DNA of 62,822 bases, filler included. It is 6 parts of 6 records of this genome, joined end to end, with 100 filler letters (N's around TTAATTAATTAA, not from the genome) between each part and the next. Parts side by side here need not be neighbours in the genome. Positions count along the whole stretch, not along the records: positions 1 to 24,665 come from SRR20825015_364; 5 more parts are not named here. One strand, given 5' to 3'. The notes below the pieces were generated by a model. It saw only the letters and a program-made list of their open reading frames with translations, searched no databases and had not been told where the DNA came from. This document shows, piece by piece, positions 1 through 9,040 of this stretch. Numbering within the stretch: position 1 is the first letter of the stretch; every line of letters begins with the position of its first letter. A program made the position numbers and the translations under genes.

Positions 1-1
1 G

Positions 2-79
2 GCTGTGGAGACGCCTGAAGGGATTGATCCGGGGTTCGCTTACAATGACGGTGTTTCAGGGCTTTGGGCCGGCAGGTGA
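2..79 (+). CDS. 3' end of Mu gpF-like head morphogenesis protein (partial)
   Basis: Manual frame-2 translation AVETPEGIDPGFAYNDGVSGLWAGR* contains the PxGIDPGFxYN motif typical of Mu F C-termini. Position upstream of the protease fits. Confidence 0.7.
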   Translation, partial: AVETPEGIDPGFAYNDGVSGLWAGR

Positions 80-95
80 TTTGACACAAAGCAAA

Positions 96-1592
96 CTAGG
101 CGTCCCTAGATTGCCGCAAGCGACCCGCCATCCTGATGATATCAGGATATTTTGTTATGAGACTCGGCTGAAACTCGTCGGCGCGCTGTTGCCCCCTAAA
201 CCTCACACCATGTTCTATCTTTAAACGTTGGAGTGACCATTCGTCGATTCCTAGGTTCGGAACGCTAGCGGTAACGCTATCCCAAAGACTCCTGTTTGCC
301 TGTTCCCACATTTTTGTGGCAGCGGGGCCAAAACCTACCCTTTTACGATGTCGCCCCATGCCAGAACCATCGTCCTGAAAAGTGTCAATCATCCATGAAC
401 TTGGCTGCTTGTCACGAAGGAAGGGGCCGATGGAGGAATGCTCGGTGAGATCAAGAGTTCCGCTATAGTGTCCATTAAGCAAAGGAAGTAAGAGCAGAAG
501 TTCCAATGGCACCATCTCTGGCCAAGCGGAAGCGATGGTCCTCAGACCGTCATAAATTTGCTCGATGGATCTGAGATCAATCCCTGCGTGCTCAAAATAT
601 TCTGTCACAAATGACTGGTGGTCATCCTTTAGGGGCGAACTCAGCTTCTGGGAATCTATCGGAGCAGTAGCAAATAGGTTGGCCACGAACTCCTTCGTAG
701 AGGGTGTGCCGAACTCGAAGCTGCGGTCGAAAAAGCGTTTTAAATAACGGCCGCCATCGAAGCCAGCGCCATAGACGGCGCCAATCGAGTGCACAAGCTG
801 GGCTCGGTCGGTGGCAACCACGAAGACGATGTTCGGCGTGTCGAACAGATGCTTGACGCGTTCCAGCATGGCGATTGCGTAGGTGGGGCGGCATCGGTCC
901 AGTTCGTCGATGAAGACGAACATCGGCTTCGACTTGCCTGCGTCCTTCTCCATATGGTCAATGAACTTTGCCAGCCCATCACGAAACTCAGAGATCATTT
1001 TTTTTGTGGCGGTGAAATCGCTGACGGCAGACTCCGCTCTCGCGTTCATCACCTTGTCAAATATCTGGGATGCTTCATCACCCACGGATTCAGCAATGCT
1101 TCCGGCCCCCTCAGGCGAGAGTCCCTGCGCATCGTCTGCATCCTCTGAGGTTAGTGTCTTTTGAACCGCGGAAGCTACACCGGTAGTGACGGCAAAGCCG
1201 AGTGCCCGCGTTAGCAGGCCCTTGCCCAACAGGCGTGCAACCTGGACACCCTTTTTGCGTACTACCTCCCAGCGGTTCGCCAGTTTGGATCGGACCTGCT
1301 TCTTTACCGCCTCGTCGATCGCGGCCATGACAGCGATCAGCGGATCGTCGGCAAAATCGTCACGCCAGGCGTCCACGTAGACGGCAAGATGCCCTTTGGC
1401 CTCCACCGACTGTTGGAAACGCTGAAGGAAGAAGGTCTTGCCGTCTCCCCAGCGGGCATTGACGTTCAGGACGTAAGACCGCTCGATCCCCCGTTTGGCG
1501 ATCTCGTTGCTTCGATTGATGAGGAATGCCGCCAGATATTCTGCGTCTTTTTCTCGATCCAGCAGATCGTCTTCCCAGATATTTTCCATCAT
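96..1592 (-). CDS. KAP family P-loop NTPase
   Basis: N-terminal DDLLDRE, Walker A NARWGDGKT, Walker B FVFIDELDRCRP, YLKRFFD motif. Confidence 0.9.
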   Translation of the reverse strand: MMENIWEDDLLDREKDAEYLAAFLINRSNEIAKRGIERSYVLNVNARWGDGKTFFLQRFQQSVEAKGHLAVYVDAWRDDFADDPLIAVMAAIDEAVKKQVRSKLANRWEVVRKKGVQVARLLGKGLLTRALGFAVTTGVASAVQKTLTSEDADDAQGLSPEGAGSIAESVGDEASQIFDKVMNARAESAVSDFTATKKMISEFRDGLAKFIDHMEKDAGKSKPMFVFIDELDRCRPTYAIAMLERVKHLFDTPNIVFVVATDRAQLVHSIGAVYGAGFDGGRYLKRFFDRSFEFGTPSTKEFVANLFATAPIDSQKLSSPLKDDHQSFVTEYFEHAGIDLRSIEQIYDGLRTIASAWPEMVPLELLLLLPLLNGHYSGTLDLTEHSSIGPFLRDKQPSSWMIDTFQDDGSGMGRHRKRVGFGPAATKMWEQANRSLWDSVTASVPNLGIDEWSLQRLKIEHGVRFRGQQRADEFQPSLITKYPDIIRMAGRLRQSRDA

Positions 1593-1731
1593 TCCTCTCA
1601 GCGCTTCAGACAGCGCTTTTCCGTCTAGATTCCTGCATCTATCGCAGGCTGGGCCTATGCGCTCCTACGCCGTTCAAAACCTGATTAACGGGCGCGTTTG
1701 CCTCTCCTCTTGAGGGGGATTGTCACTATCA

Positions 1732-2340
1732 TCACTGCTGTGGTTTCGGGTCCCCAGTGTCCGTGATCCATCCAGAATGGAAATTCAGGATGGGTTTGCC
1801 CGTCTTATCGAAGCCTGTAAGCAGATTTCCACAATTCTTGACGACGGCCACCATATCGAGAAAAGCTGCGACTTCGACTTGCTCGAGAGGCGCTTTCTCG
1901 AAACTAGTATCGCCTTTGATTGCGAAGTATGCGCCCGTTTCGCCCGGCATTGCAGCAGATACTGCGTTGTCGACAAGAGCAACGCTGTTCCAAGCCCCGC
2001 GATAGTCCGAACAGTTGCCTGCCATAGGGTTCGTGTCCGGGGAAGCACTGTCCCCACAATCAAACACCGTCTCTTTGAGATCTTCCTCTTTGTATTTTTT
2101 GATTGGACCGTTGCACGTCACGAACGTCGCTATGCCGTTCTTGACTTCTGTCACCAGACCAATCAGGCCGGTTGCTTCTCTGTGTTCAAAGTGGCGCTTC
2201 ACGACCAACAGCAAGTCCGGTGTGTCCGCTCCTTTTGTAGAATTTTCTGAGGCCATTGCAGCACGACCGCCCTGCGTACAAAATGCAATTATGGCAATTG
2301 CGGCAAACACGCTTAAGCCGGCATCAATCCTCATCGACAT
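1732..2340 (-). CDS. Hypothetical exported protein
   Basis: 202 aa with signal peptide-like N-terminus and four Cys in the mature part. Overlaps the upstream gene. Confidence 0.65.
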   Translation of the reverse strand: MSMRIDAGLSVFAAIAIIAFCTQGGRAAMASENSTKGADTPDLLLVVKRHFEHREATGLIGLVTEVKNGIATFVTCNGPIKKYKEEDLKETVFDCGDSASPDTNPMAGNCSDYRGAWNSVALVDNAVSAAMPGETGAYFAIKGDTSFEKAPLEQVEVAAFLDMVAVVKNCGNLLTGFDKTGKPILNFHSGWITDTGDPKPQQ

Positions 2341-2932
2341 TGTGCTTCCTCTCGGCTGAATAGATGATCTCGCGGTCCTTGTTGATCACAAACATTATTC
2401 CGTGGCCGCGCGGTTCCGGTTTGCTTCGACACAACAGGTAAAGTGTGTCGCCCAGCCCGATAATCTGCCTGACACGCTTCTCCTCAATGCATCTATCGTA
2501 TTCGATACGTCGGGTGCTCGGTTTAGGGTCAGTTTTCAGCTCAGCCATGGTAATAGATTTCTGGCCCTCCCAAACCAAATCGGCTTGGCTTTGTGCGCTC
2601 TGTTTGGCAGCCAATGATAGAAAAAGTAAAAGGGTGATTAGGCAGACTACGGCGACTAAAAATGCGATGGGAAAAGACCAAGGGCGCGGTAACTTTTGCC
2701 AGTGTAGCAAGTACAGGGCGCTGGAGGCAAAGAGCCACACTCCAAATTCATCGGACAGCAACGGTTTTACGGCATAGGTTAGCACCGTCGCTGTCGGCAC
2801 GTTTGCCTGCGTGGCGTCGATGCCGAATTCGGCGAGGTAGCTCGATAGAAACGCCCAGCCGCTGAAATAGACGATCGCGACGGGCAGAACTGCCACAACG
2901 GCGTTTAGAACGGTGTTTCGGATGCTCGACAT
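2324..2932 (-). CDS. Hypothetical membrane protein (about 3 TM helices)
   Basis: Three hydrophobic segments then a soluble C-terminus. SD GAGGGG before ATG. Confidence 0.7.
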   Translation of the reverse strand: MSSIRNTVLNAVVAVLPVAIVYFSGWAFLSSYLAEFGIDATQANVPTATVLTYAVKPLLSDEFGVWLFASSALYLLHWQKLPRPWSFPIAFLVAVVCLITLLLFLSLAAKQSAQSQADLVWEGQKSITMAELKTDPKPSTRRIEYDRCIEEKRVRQIIGLGDTLYLLCRSKPEPRGHGIMFVINKDREIIYSAERKHNVDED

Positions 2933-3107
2933 TTTCCCCTCAAGCGATCTGCGAGCTTCAGCGATCAGCAGACCTTTCCCCTGCGGAAAGTTTAACAGAC
3001 CTACCTAATCGCGCGCAATGAGCGAAGTGTATTGGCGCGCTTGACCGCCTCCTGGTTGCATCTAAAGTGCCGATGGGTAATTCGCGGCAGTGGGCGAGTG
3101 GGAATTC

Positions 3108-4232
3108 ATGTTTAGGGCGAAGACAGTCTTGGTGATCGGAGCAGGAGCAAGCGTCGAGGTTGGCCTCCCAATGGGCGATGCACTCCTGAAACAAATTGCC
3201 GATCTCGTTCATTACAAGTTTGACCTTCGCAAACTGATGAAGGGAGACCCGGTCATTCTTGAGGCGCTTAAGCGCCTTCCCGACGAGTGCGGAATCGAAG
3301 ACCTCAATTCCTATATCACCGCCGGGCGACAGCTCTCCAAGGCTGCCGTCCAAGCCATGTCGGTCGACTACGTCATCGATGCCCTGCAAGACCCGCTGGT
3401 CGAATTGATTGGAAAGCTCGGCATCGTGCGGGCGATTTTGAGGGCGGAGGGTGCAAGCGAAGTATTCAAGACACCCCTCGGTGAACCGCACAATCTGCTT
3501 CTATCCAGCTTCGACAAGACCTGGTATCGGCGACTGACGAACTTGTTTGTCGAGGGCGTGAAGAAGTGTGATGTGGAGTCGATCTTCAGCAACATCGAGA
3601 TCATCAACTTCAACTATGATCGATGCTTGGAGCACTATTTGCGAACTTCGCTAGCGAATGCGTTTGCGATGAAAGTGGATGAGTTTCAAGAGCATATGCC
3701 CTCGCTTATCGTGCACCGGCCCTATGGTGTCGCTGGCCGGCTACCTTGGCAGGACGGCAATGGTCGAGGCGTAGAGTTCGGCGATAGCGACCCGCAGCAC
3801 CTCTATGAGATTGCCCGGCAAATTCGCACCTTCACGGAGCAAATGACCGATGGCCAGCAACTCAACGCTATCAAGCTGGCGATCGCCAACGCCGATCGCA
3901 TCGTGTTTCTGGGTTTCGGCTTTCACCGCCAGAACATCGAGTTGCTTGCCCATCCGGTCCAACCACATACGCAAATTCTTGCGACAGCCTTCGGAATATC
4001 TCAGAGCGACAAGAATGTGATCGCCGAGGAACTATCTACCGCGTTCGAGATCCACGACGCGATTGACATCGGGCGCATTGCACTGGTGGACGCGCCTTGC
4101 GAGCGCTTCTTCCAAGACTATTGGCGCACCCTGACCGCCGAAAGAAGCTACGAAGAGCCGATCGAAGTTCCGCATGCTGCTCTGCAACCAGATTTCAAGA
4201 TCCCTACCTTGCCCTTCAGAAAACAGCGATGA
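3108..4232 (+). CDS. SIR2-like (SIR2_2/AbiH-type) domain protein
   Basis: Motifs KTVLVIGAGAS, GLPMG, IINFNYDRCLE, IVFLGFGF. ATG at 3108 preferred over GTG at 3090. Confidence 0.75.
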   Translation: MFRAKTVLVIGAGASVEVGLPMGDALLKQIADLVHYKFDLRKLMKGDPVILEALKRLPDECGIEDLNSYITAGRQLSKAAVQAMSVDYVIDALQDPLVELIGKLGIVRAILRAEGASEVFKTPLGEPHNLLLSSFDKTWYRRLTNLFVEGVKKCDVESIFSNIEIINFNYDRCLEHYLRTSLANAFAMKVDEFQEHMPSLIVHRPYGVAGRLPWQDGNGRGVEFGDSDPQHLYEIARQIRTFTEQMTDGQQLNAIKLAIANADRIVFLGFGFHRQNIELLAHPVQPHTQILATAFGISQSDKNVIAEELSTAFEIHDAIDIGRIALVDAPCERFFQDYWRTLTAERSYEEPIEVPHAALQPDFKIPTLPFRKQR

Positions 4233-4335
4233 AAGTGCCAGGGAACTTCGGCATCTCTATTGGCTTGGCCCGGCTCCACCCGAATGCTAGCGTCTGCACA
4301 GTTTGGATTGGCACGCCCAGGGTGCCCTGACAATG

Positions 4336-4355
4336 ATGCCCGTAGCCGCGGGCAT
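4336..4355. promoter_or_regulatory. Inverted repeat upstream of head operon (candidate late-activator site)
   Basis: ATGCCCG-N6-CGGGCAT about 35 bp upstream of the protease ATG. Confidence 0.4.
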
Positions 4356-4389
4356 GGTCTGAACCTCGTTCGCCGGCCACTCTGCCGGC

Positions 4390-5523
4390 ATGCTTCTGCC
4401 GTTCGCACTCCTTCCCTCTTTACACGCGGCCACCGCCGGCTCGGACGTTGCGCTTTGCGCAACCGTCGCGCTGCCGGAGGACACTGAGGCGGCGCCCGCA
4501 TGGGTGCACCTGTTACCCGCTGGCCAGATCCTGACCGGTGACGGTCGCGGGCCCTACCGCGTGGCCGACGCTTCCGGACTGGTGACGACCAGCCTCCAGG
4601 AAGGCGAGCGCCTCCCCATCGACGAAAACCATGCAACAGATCTGGCAGCCCCGAAGGGGCAGCCAGCGCCGGCGCGCGGCTGGATCGTCGAGTTGCAGGC
4701 GCGCAGCGATGGGGTGTGGGGCCGCGTCGAATGGACCGATGAAGGCCGCCGTCTGGTGGAAGGGCGCGCCTATCGCGGCATCTCGCCTGTAATTCAGCAT
4801 CTGAAAAACGGTGAGGTCACCGCAATCCTCCGCGCCTCGCTGGTCAATCGCCCCAATCTGCGCGGGCTGACCGCGCTTCACTCGCAAACCAGCCGGGAGA
4901 CCCCGAACATGACCCTGATCGAAAAGCTAGTCGAAGCACTTGGGCTCGATGCCGGAACGACCGAGGAACAGCTCATTGCCCGCGTGACGGCGATGCATGC
5001 CGAAGGAGACACAGGTCCGACGGCCCTCCAGGCGGCGATCACGCCGATCGCCAAGGCAATCGGCCTGGACGAGGATGCAGACGCCGTGGCGGTCCTGGCC
5101 GGTGTGGAAGCCCTGAAGGGGGCAGACAAGGGTGCAGGAGACGATACCAGCGCCGTGACCGCGCTTCAGGCCGAACTCGCCGACGTGACGACGCGCCTCA
5201 ACACGCTTTCCGAAAGCACCAGGCGAGAGAAAGCCGAAGCCTTCGTCGATGCCGAAATCCGGCGCGGCCGCGTCGGGCTCAAGCCGGTGCGTGATCGCTA
5301 TGTCACCATGCATATGAGCGATCCCGACGGTGCACAAACGCTGATCAACGCGATGCCGGTGCTTGGCGCCGGCGGATCGATCGTACCGGCAACGCCACCC
5401 GCAAAAGACGGGGAGATCGCGCTTCAGGCAGAACAGGCGACCGTCGCCCGCATGCTCGGCATCAACCCGAAGGACTATGCCGAAACCCTGAAAGCCGAAC
5501 GCAGCGCACAAACGGCGCTTTGA
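4390..5523 (+). CDS. Mu-like prohead protease I / scaffold
   Basis: WVHLLPAG, DGRGPY, IDENHATD, PARGWI, VEWTDEG, YRGISPV, SLVNRPNL motifs and an Ala-rich coiled C-terminus. Confidence 0.92.
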   Translation: MLLPFALLPSLHAATAGSDVALCATVALPEDTEAAPAWVHLLPAGQILTGDGRGPYRVADASGLVTTSLQEGERLPIDENHATDLAAPKGQPAPARGWIVELQARSDGVWGRVEWTDEGRRLVEGRAYRGISPVIQHLKNGEVTAILRASLVNRPNLRGLTALHSQTSRETPNMTLIEKLVEALGLDAGTTEEQLIARVTAMHAEGDTGPTALQAAITPIAKAIGLDEDADAVAVLAGVEALKGADKGAGDDTSAVTALQAELADVTTRLNTLSESTRREKAEAFVDAEIRRGRVGLKPVRDRYVTMHMSDPDGAQTLINAMPVLGAGGSIVPATPPAKDGEIALQAEQATVARMLGINPKDYAETLKAERSAQTAL

Positions 5524-5566
5524 GCCGCTTCAGGCTGAACCGCAACAGACAAGAAGGATCCTCCCC

Positions 5567-6013
5567 ATGGCAGCCCTGACCGAAGACCGCAACACACCCG
5601 AGGCGCTTGGCGTGATGCGCGAGGGTCTGATGGCAGCCAGCGTCACCATCCATGCCGGCGCCATTGTCATGCGCGATGCTGCAGGCCACCTGACAAAAGG
5701 GGTGACCGCTACGGGGCTGGTGGGGGTTGGCCGGTCTGAACGCAGAGCGGTCAATCAGGGGGCAGCCGGCGACGCGTCTGCAAGATACCGGTCAGGCATC
5801 TTCCGGTTTGCCAATGCGGCCGCCGCCGACGAGATCACGATCTCCGAAATCGGCAAACCGTGCTTTGCCGTCGACGATCAGACGGTTGCAAAGACAGACG
5901 GCACCGGCACGCGATCCATCGCCGGCTTCGTTGACCACATCGACGAGCGCGGCGTCTGGGTGCGCTTCGACGAAACGCTGGTCCAGTCGCATCTGGCCGG
6001 CATCGCGCCCTGA
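5567..6013 (+). CDS. Mu-like head decoration/cement protein
   Basis: MAALTEDRNTP start and VDDQTVAKTDG motif. Lies between protease and capsid. Confidence 0.75.
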   Translation: MAALTEDRNTPEALGVMREGLMAASVTIHAGAIVMRDAAGHLTKGVTATGLVGVGRSERRAVNQGAAGDASARYRSGIFRFANAAAADEITISEIGKPCFAVDDQTVAKTDGTGTRSIAGFVDHIDERGVWVRFDETLVQSHLAGIAP

Positions 6014-6054
6014 TCGATCAGCGCCCGCACCTCCCTTCATCCGAGGATATTTCC

Positions 6055-6948
6055 ATGATCATCAACTCCACCAATCTCGATGCGATCAGGGTCGGTTTCT
6101 CGACTGCCTATCGCCGCGGCCTTGGTCAGGCCGAGACACAGTTCTCGCGGGTTGCCACGACCGTGCCGAGCTCGACCCGTGAAAACAAGTATGGCTGGCT
6201 TGGCAAGCTGCCGAACATGCGGGAGTGGATCGGTCCGCGCGCAATCCACGGCATTGCCGAGCACGATTACGCGATCAAGAACAGGCCTTTCGAGTTGACC
6301 ATCGGCGTCGACCGCGACGACATCGAGGACGACAATCTGGGCGTCTATGAGCCGCTTTTCGTGGAGATGGGGGAAGCGGTTGCGGCCCATCCCGATCTTC
6401 TTGTCTGGGACGCGTTGAAGAATGGCTTCGCAACCGAATGCTATGATGGCCAGTATTTCTTTGACACAGACCATCCGGTGCTCGACGCCAATGGCGATGT
6501 CAGCTCCGTTGCCAACACCGACGGCGGCAGCGGCACACCCTGGTACCTGCTTTCAGTCAGGAAGGCGCTGAAGCCGATCATCTTCCAGGAGCGCCGGAAA
6601 CCCCAGTTCGTCGCCAAGGATCGGGTGTCTGACGACAATGTCTTCGACATCAAGGAATTCCGCTATGGCACCGATGGACGCTGGAATGTCGGCTATGGCT
6701 TCTGGCAGATGGCCTGGGGCTCGAAACAGACGCTCGACAAGGCGCACTACGCCACCGCGCGCCAAAGCATCATGGGCATGAAGGGCGACCATGGCCGGCC
6801 GCTTGGCCTGATGCCCGACCTTCTGGTCGTGCCGCCGTCTCTCGAAGGAGCGGCGCTGGAAGTGCTGAAGGCGGAGCGCGACGCCGCCGGCGCAACCAAT
6901 GTTTACCGCGCGACCGCCGAATTGCTGGTTGTGCCCTGGCTGGCCTGA
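6055..6948 (+). CDS. Mu-like major capsid protein gpT
   Basis: YGWLGKLPNMREWIG, FELTIGVDRDDIEDD, CYDGQYFFDTDHP motifs. Confidence 0.95.
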   Translation: MIINSTNLDAIRVGFSTAYRRGLGQAETQFSRVATTVPSSTRENKYGWLGKLPNMREWIGPRAIHGIAEHDYAIKNRPFELTIGVDRDDIEDDNLGVYEPLFVEMGEAVAAHPDLLVWDALKNGFATECYDGQYFFDTDHPVLDANGDVSSVANTDGGSGTPWYLLSVRKALKPIIFQERRKPQFVAKDRVSDDNVFDIKEFRYGTDGRWNVGYGFWQMAWGSKQTLDKAHYATARQSIMGMKGDHGRPLGLMPDLLVVPPSLEGAALEVLKAERDAAGATNVYRATAELLVVPWLA

Positions 6949-6990
6949 TCCAGGCTGATCACCGCGACGCCCCTTTCATGAGGAACCGAT

Positions 6991-7509
6991 ATGGCCAGAC
7001 AGGCGAAAAAGAAGGCACAGGTCGAGACTGTCGCCGAACAGGAAGCCCGCAAGACATCACGGTCCGGAAGCGCTCCATCGGGAAGCGAGCCGTCCGTCAC
7101 AAACTACCCGGCGGCTACCGGCGAGAACGAGGAACGCGGGGTAGAGGCCTCAGGCAAAAGAGGTCAGCCCACTGCTGCAAGCGGTTCTCCCACCGAGGAC
7201 GAACAGAACCGGACGACCGAGCACTCAGGCACAACAGCATGGCTGGCGCTGCAGGAGCTTGGCGAAGAAGAGGCGCGCAGGCGCTATCCTCGCGTCATGG
7301 AGGCCCTACAGGAGTGGGCGAAAGACGCGGAGAGTCGCGATCTGGTCAAGGCCGGCCCCACCGTTCGCATCGCTGCCAGGCGCGAAGGTTTTCGCCGCTG
7401 CGGCATGGCCCACCCGAAGGCTGAAACGGACTACTCTGGCGAACAGTTCATCCCCGACGAACTGGAACAATTGCTGTCCGAGCCCGGACTGGCGGTGGAG
7501 CTGGTCTGA
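6991..7509 (+). CDS. Mu gp35/HI1506-like protein
   Basis: C-terminal RIAARREGFRRCG...LLSEPGLAVELV domain directly after gpT. Confidence 0.75.
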   Translation: MARQAKKKAQVETVAEQEARKTSRSGSAPSGSEPSVTNYPAATGENEERGVEASGKRGQPTAASGSPTEDEQNRTTEHSGTTAWLALQELGEEEARRRYPRVMEALQEWAKDAESRDLVKAGPTVRIAARREGFRRCGMAHPKAETDYSGEQFIPDELEQLLSEPGLAVELV

Positions 7510-7514
7510 ACGCC

Positions 7515-7943
7515 ATGGCCTATTGCACGCTTCAGGAGCTGACGGATCGCTACTCGCAGCGGATGCTGGTCGAGATTTCCGACCGGGCCGACGCACCTAC
7601 CGGCGCGGTCGACACCGATCTGATCGACCGGGCGATTGCCGATGCCGATGCGCTGATCGACGGCTATCTGAAGGTGCGCTATCGGCTGCCACTGGCGAGC
7701 ATCCCGCGCCTGGTGAAAGACCTGTCGCTGAGGATCTCGATCTACTACGCCCATGCTCATGTTGCCTCCGACAAGATCCGGCGCGACTACGAAGAGGCAC
7801 TCAGCACCCTGAAGCACATTTCACAGGGCCTGATCCGGCTCGACCTCGATGGCGCCGAGCCCGAAGCATCGGGTGCTTCCGAAGTGCGCACGAACAATCC
7901 CGAACGGCCGATCACTGCAACCACCATGAAGGGCTATATCTGA
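7515..7943 (+). CDS. Mu gp36-like head-tail adaptor (DUF1320)
   Basis: MAYCT...AIADADALIDGYL..RY.LPL motif. Confidence 0.9.
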   Translation: MAYCTLQELTDRYSQRMLVEISDRADAPTGAVDTDLIDRAIADADALIDGYLKVRYRLPLASIPRLVKDLSLRISIYYAHAHVASDKIRRDYEEALSTLKHISQGLIRLDLDGAEPEASGASEVRTNNPERPITATTMKGYI

Positions 7944-8473
7944 TGGTCCGTTCGACAGGCTCTGAAGGCGCGCGCATTGACCTTGCCGGCCGGGAGGAAA
8001 CGCTTTCCTTTCTCGCCAGTGCGGTTGATCGGACCGACGACAAGCGTGGGCTGTTCGACGCCATCGGCGCTTCGCTGGTGCTGTCGACGCAACAGCGTTT
8101 CGAGCAGGAGGAAGACCCGGAAGGCGATCCCTGGCCGGCATCGCTGCGCAAGCTTCTGGAAGGGGGCCGGACGCTCACCATGACGGCGCGCCTTCAGACA
8201 TCCATCACTCATCTGGCCACCGAAGGTTCGGTCGCGGTCGGCACCAATGTCATTTACGCCGCCATTCACCAGACCGGTGGCACCATCCGAGCAAAGACTC
8301 CGAGAGGTCTGCGTTTCCGCTCGCCCGGCAATGGCGGATGGGTGACAAGACAGGAGGTCACCATGCCGCGACGCGCCTTTCTCGGACTCGATGAAGACGA
8401 TGCTGCAGAGATCCGGGCGCTATGCGCAGACTGGCTCGAAGCGGAACAGGACGACGGTCATGCTGGTGGCTGA
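7943..8473 (+). CDS. Mu gpG-like virion morphogenesis / tail completion protein
   Basis: RFEQEEDPEGDPW, VGTNVIYAAIHQTGG, MPRRAFLG motifs. Start coupled to gp36 stop (TGATG). Confidence 0.88.
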   Translation: MVRSTGSEGARIDLAGREETLSFLASAVDRTDDKRGLFDAIGASLVLSTQQRFEQEEDPEGDPWPASLRKLLEGGRTLTMTARLQTSITHLATEGSVAVGTNVIYAAIHQTGGTIRAKTPRGLRFRSPGNGGWVTRQEVTMPRRAFLGLDEDDAAEIRALCADWLEAEQDDGHAGG

Positions 8474-8900
8474 TCTGGTTGACCGCATCGAGAGCAGCGT
8501 CGCCGCACTCGCCGGTCGTACGCAAACCGCTGCCGAGCTGTCGGAACTCATTCGCCGAAAAGCCCTGCCGCAGGCATCGCCATTTGCTTTCGTTCTTCCG
8601 CTTGGGCTGGCGGCACAGGGCCACGGCGAGGCCGGCGCGCATCATTTCACGCAGGCGGTCGACGAGACATTCGCCGTGGTTCTCTTCGCTCGTGCCTCGG
8701 GCGATCTGACTGGCGGGAAGGCTCTGCCGGGCATCGATGCGCTTGTCTGGTCGATCATCGGTGCCGTTTGCGGCTGGGGGCCAGAAAACGCAATCGGCGT
8801 CTTCCATCTGCGCCGGGGGCAGCTCCTGTCTGCGGAAGCCGGAGCGGTGATCTACCAACTCGATTTCGGGCTTCGTGAACAGGTGAGGATCGTCGCATGA
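8460..8900 (+). CDS. Tail terminator protein (Mu gp37-like)
   Basis: Position and size. PQASPFAFVLP, GAVCGWGP and YQLDF motifs. Confidence 0.75.
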   Translation: MLVADLVDRIESSVAALAGRTQTAAELSELIRRKALPQASPFAFVLPLGLAAQGHGEAGAHHFTQAVDETFAVVLFARASGDLTGGKALPGIDALVWSIIGAVCGWGPENAIGVFHLRRGQLLSAEAGAVIYQLDFGLREQVRIVA

Positions 8901-9040
8901 ACGATACGTCGAAAACTGCGGATCGTCCTCCGCTTCCCACCGTCGGGGGCAGTTTTGTGCGCCGGAAAGATGGTTCGATCGTGCCTGCGGAAAAAACATC
9001 ACCGGTAGCGACGTCAAAGAGCGCAAAGAAGGAGGATTAA
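8897..9040 (+). CDS. Small hypothetical phage protein (47 aa)
   Basis: Manual translation MNDTSKTADRPPLPTVGGSFVRRKDGSIVPAEK... ATGA overlap upstream, abuts tail tube ATG. Confidence 0.65.
   Translation: MNDTSKTADRPPLPTVGGSFVRRKDGSIVPAEKTSPVATSKSAKKED

Noticed and set aside
2958-3491. 177-aa minus-strand ORF
   Set aside because: Antisense shadow of the SIR2-like gene with no motif.
7259-7942. N-terminal extension of the 404-aa ORF
   Set aside because: Overlaps two well-supported genes. The real start is 7943.
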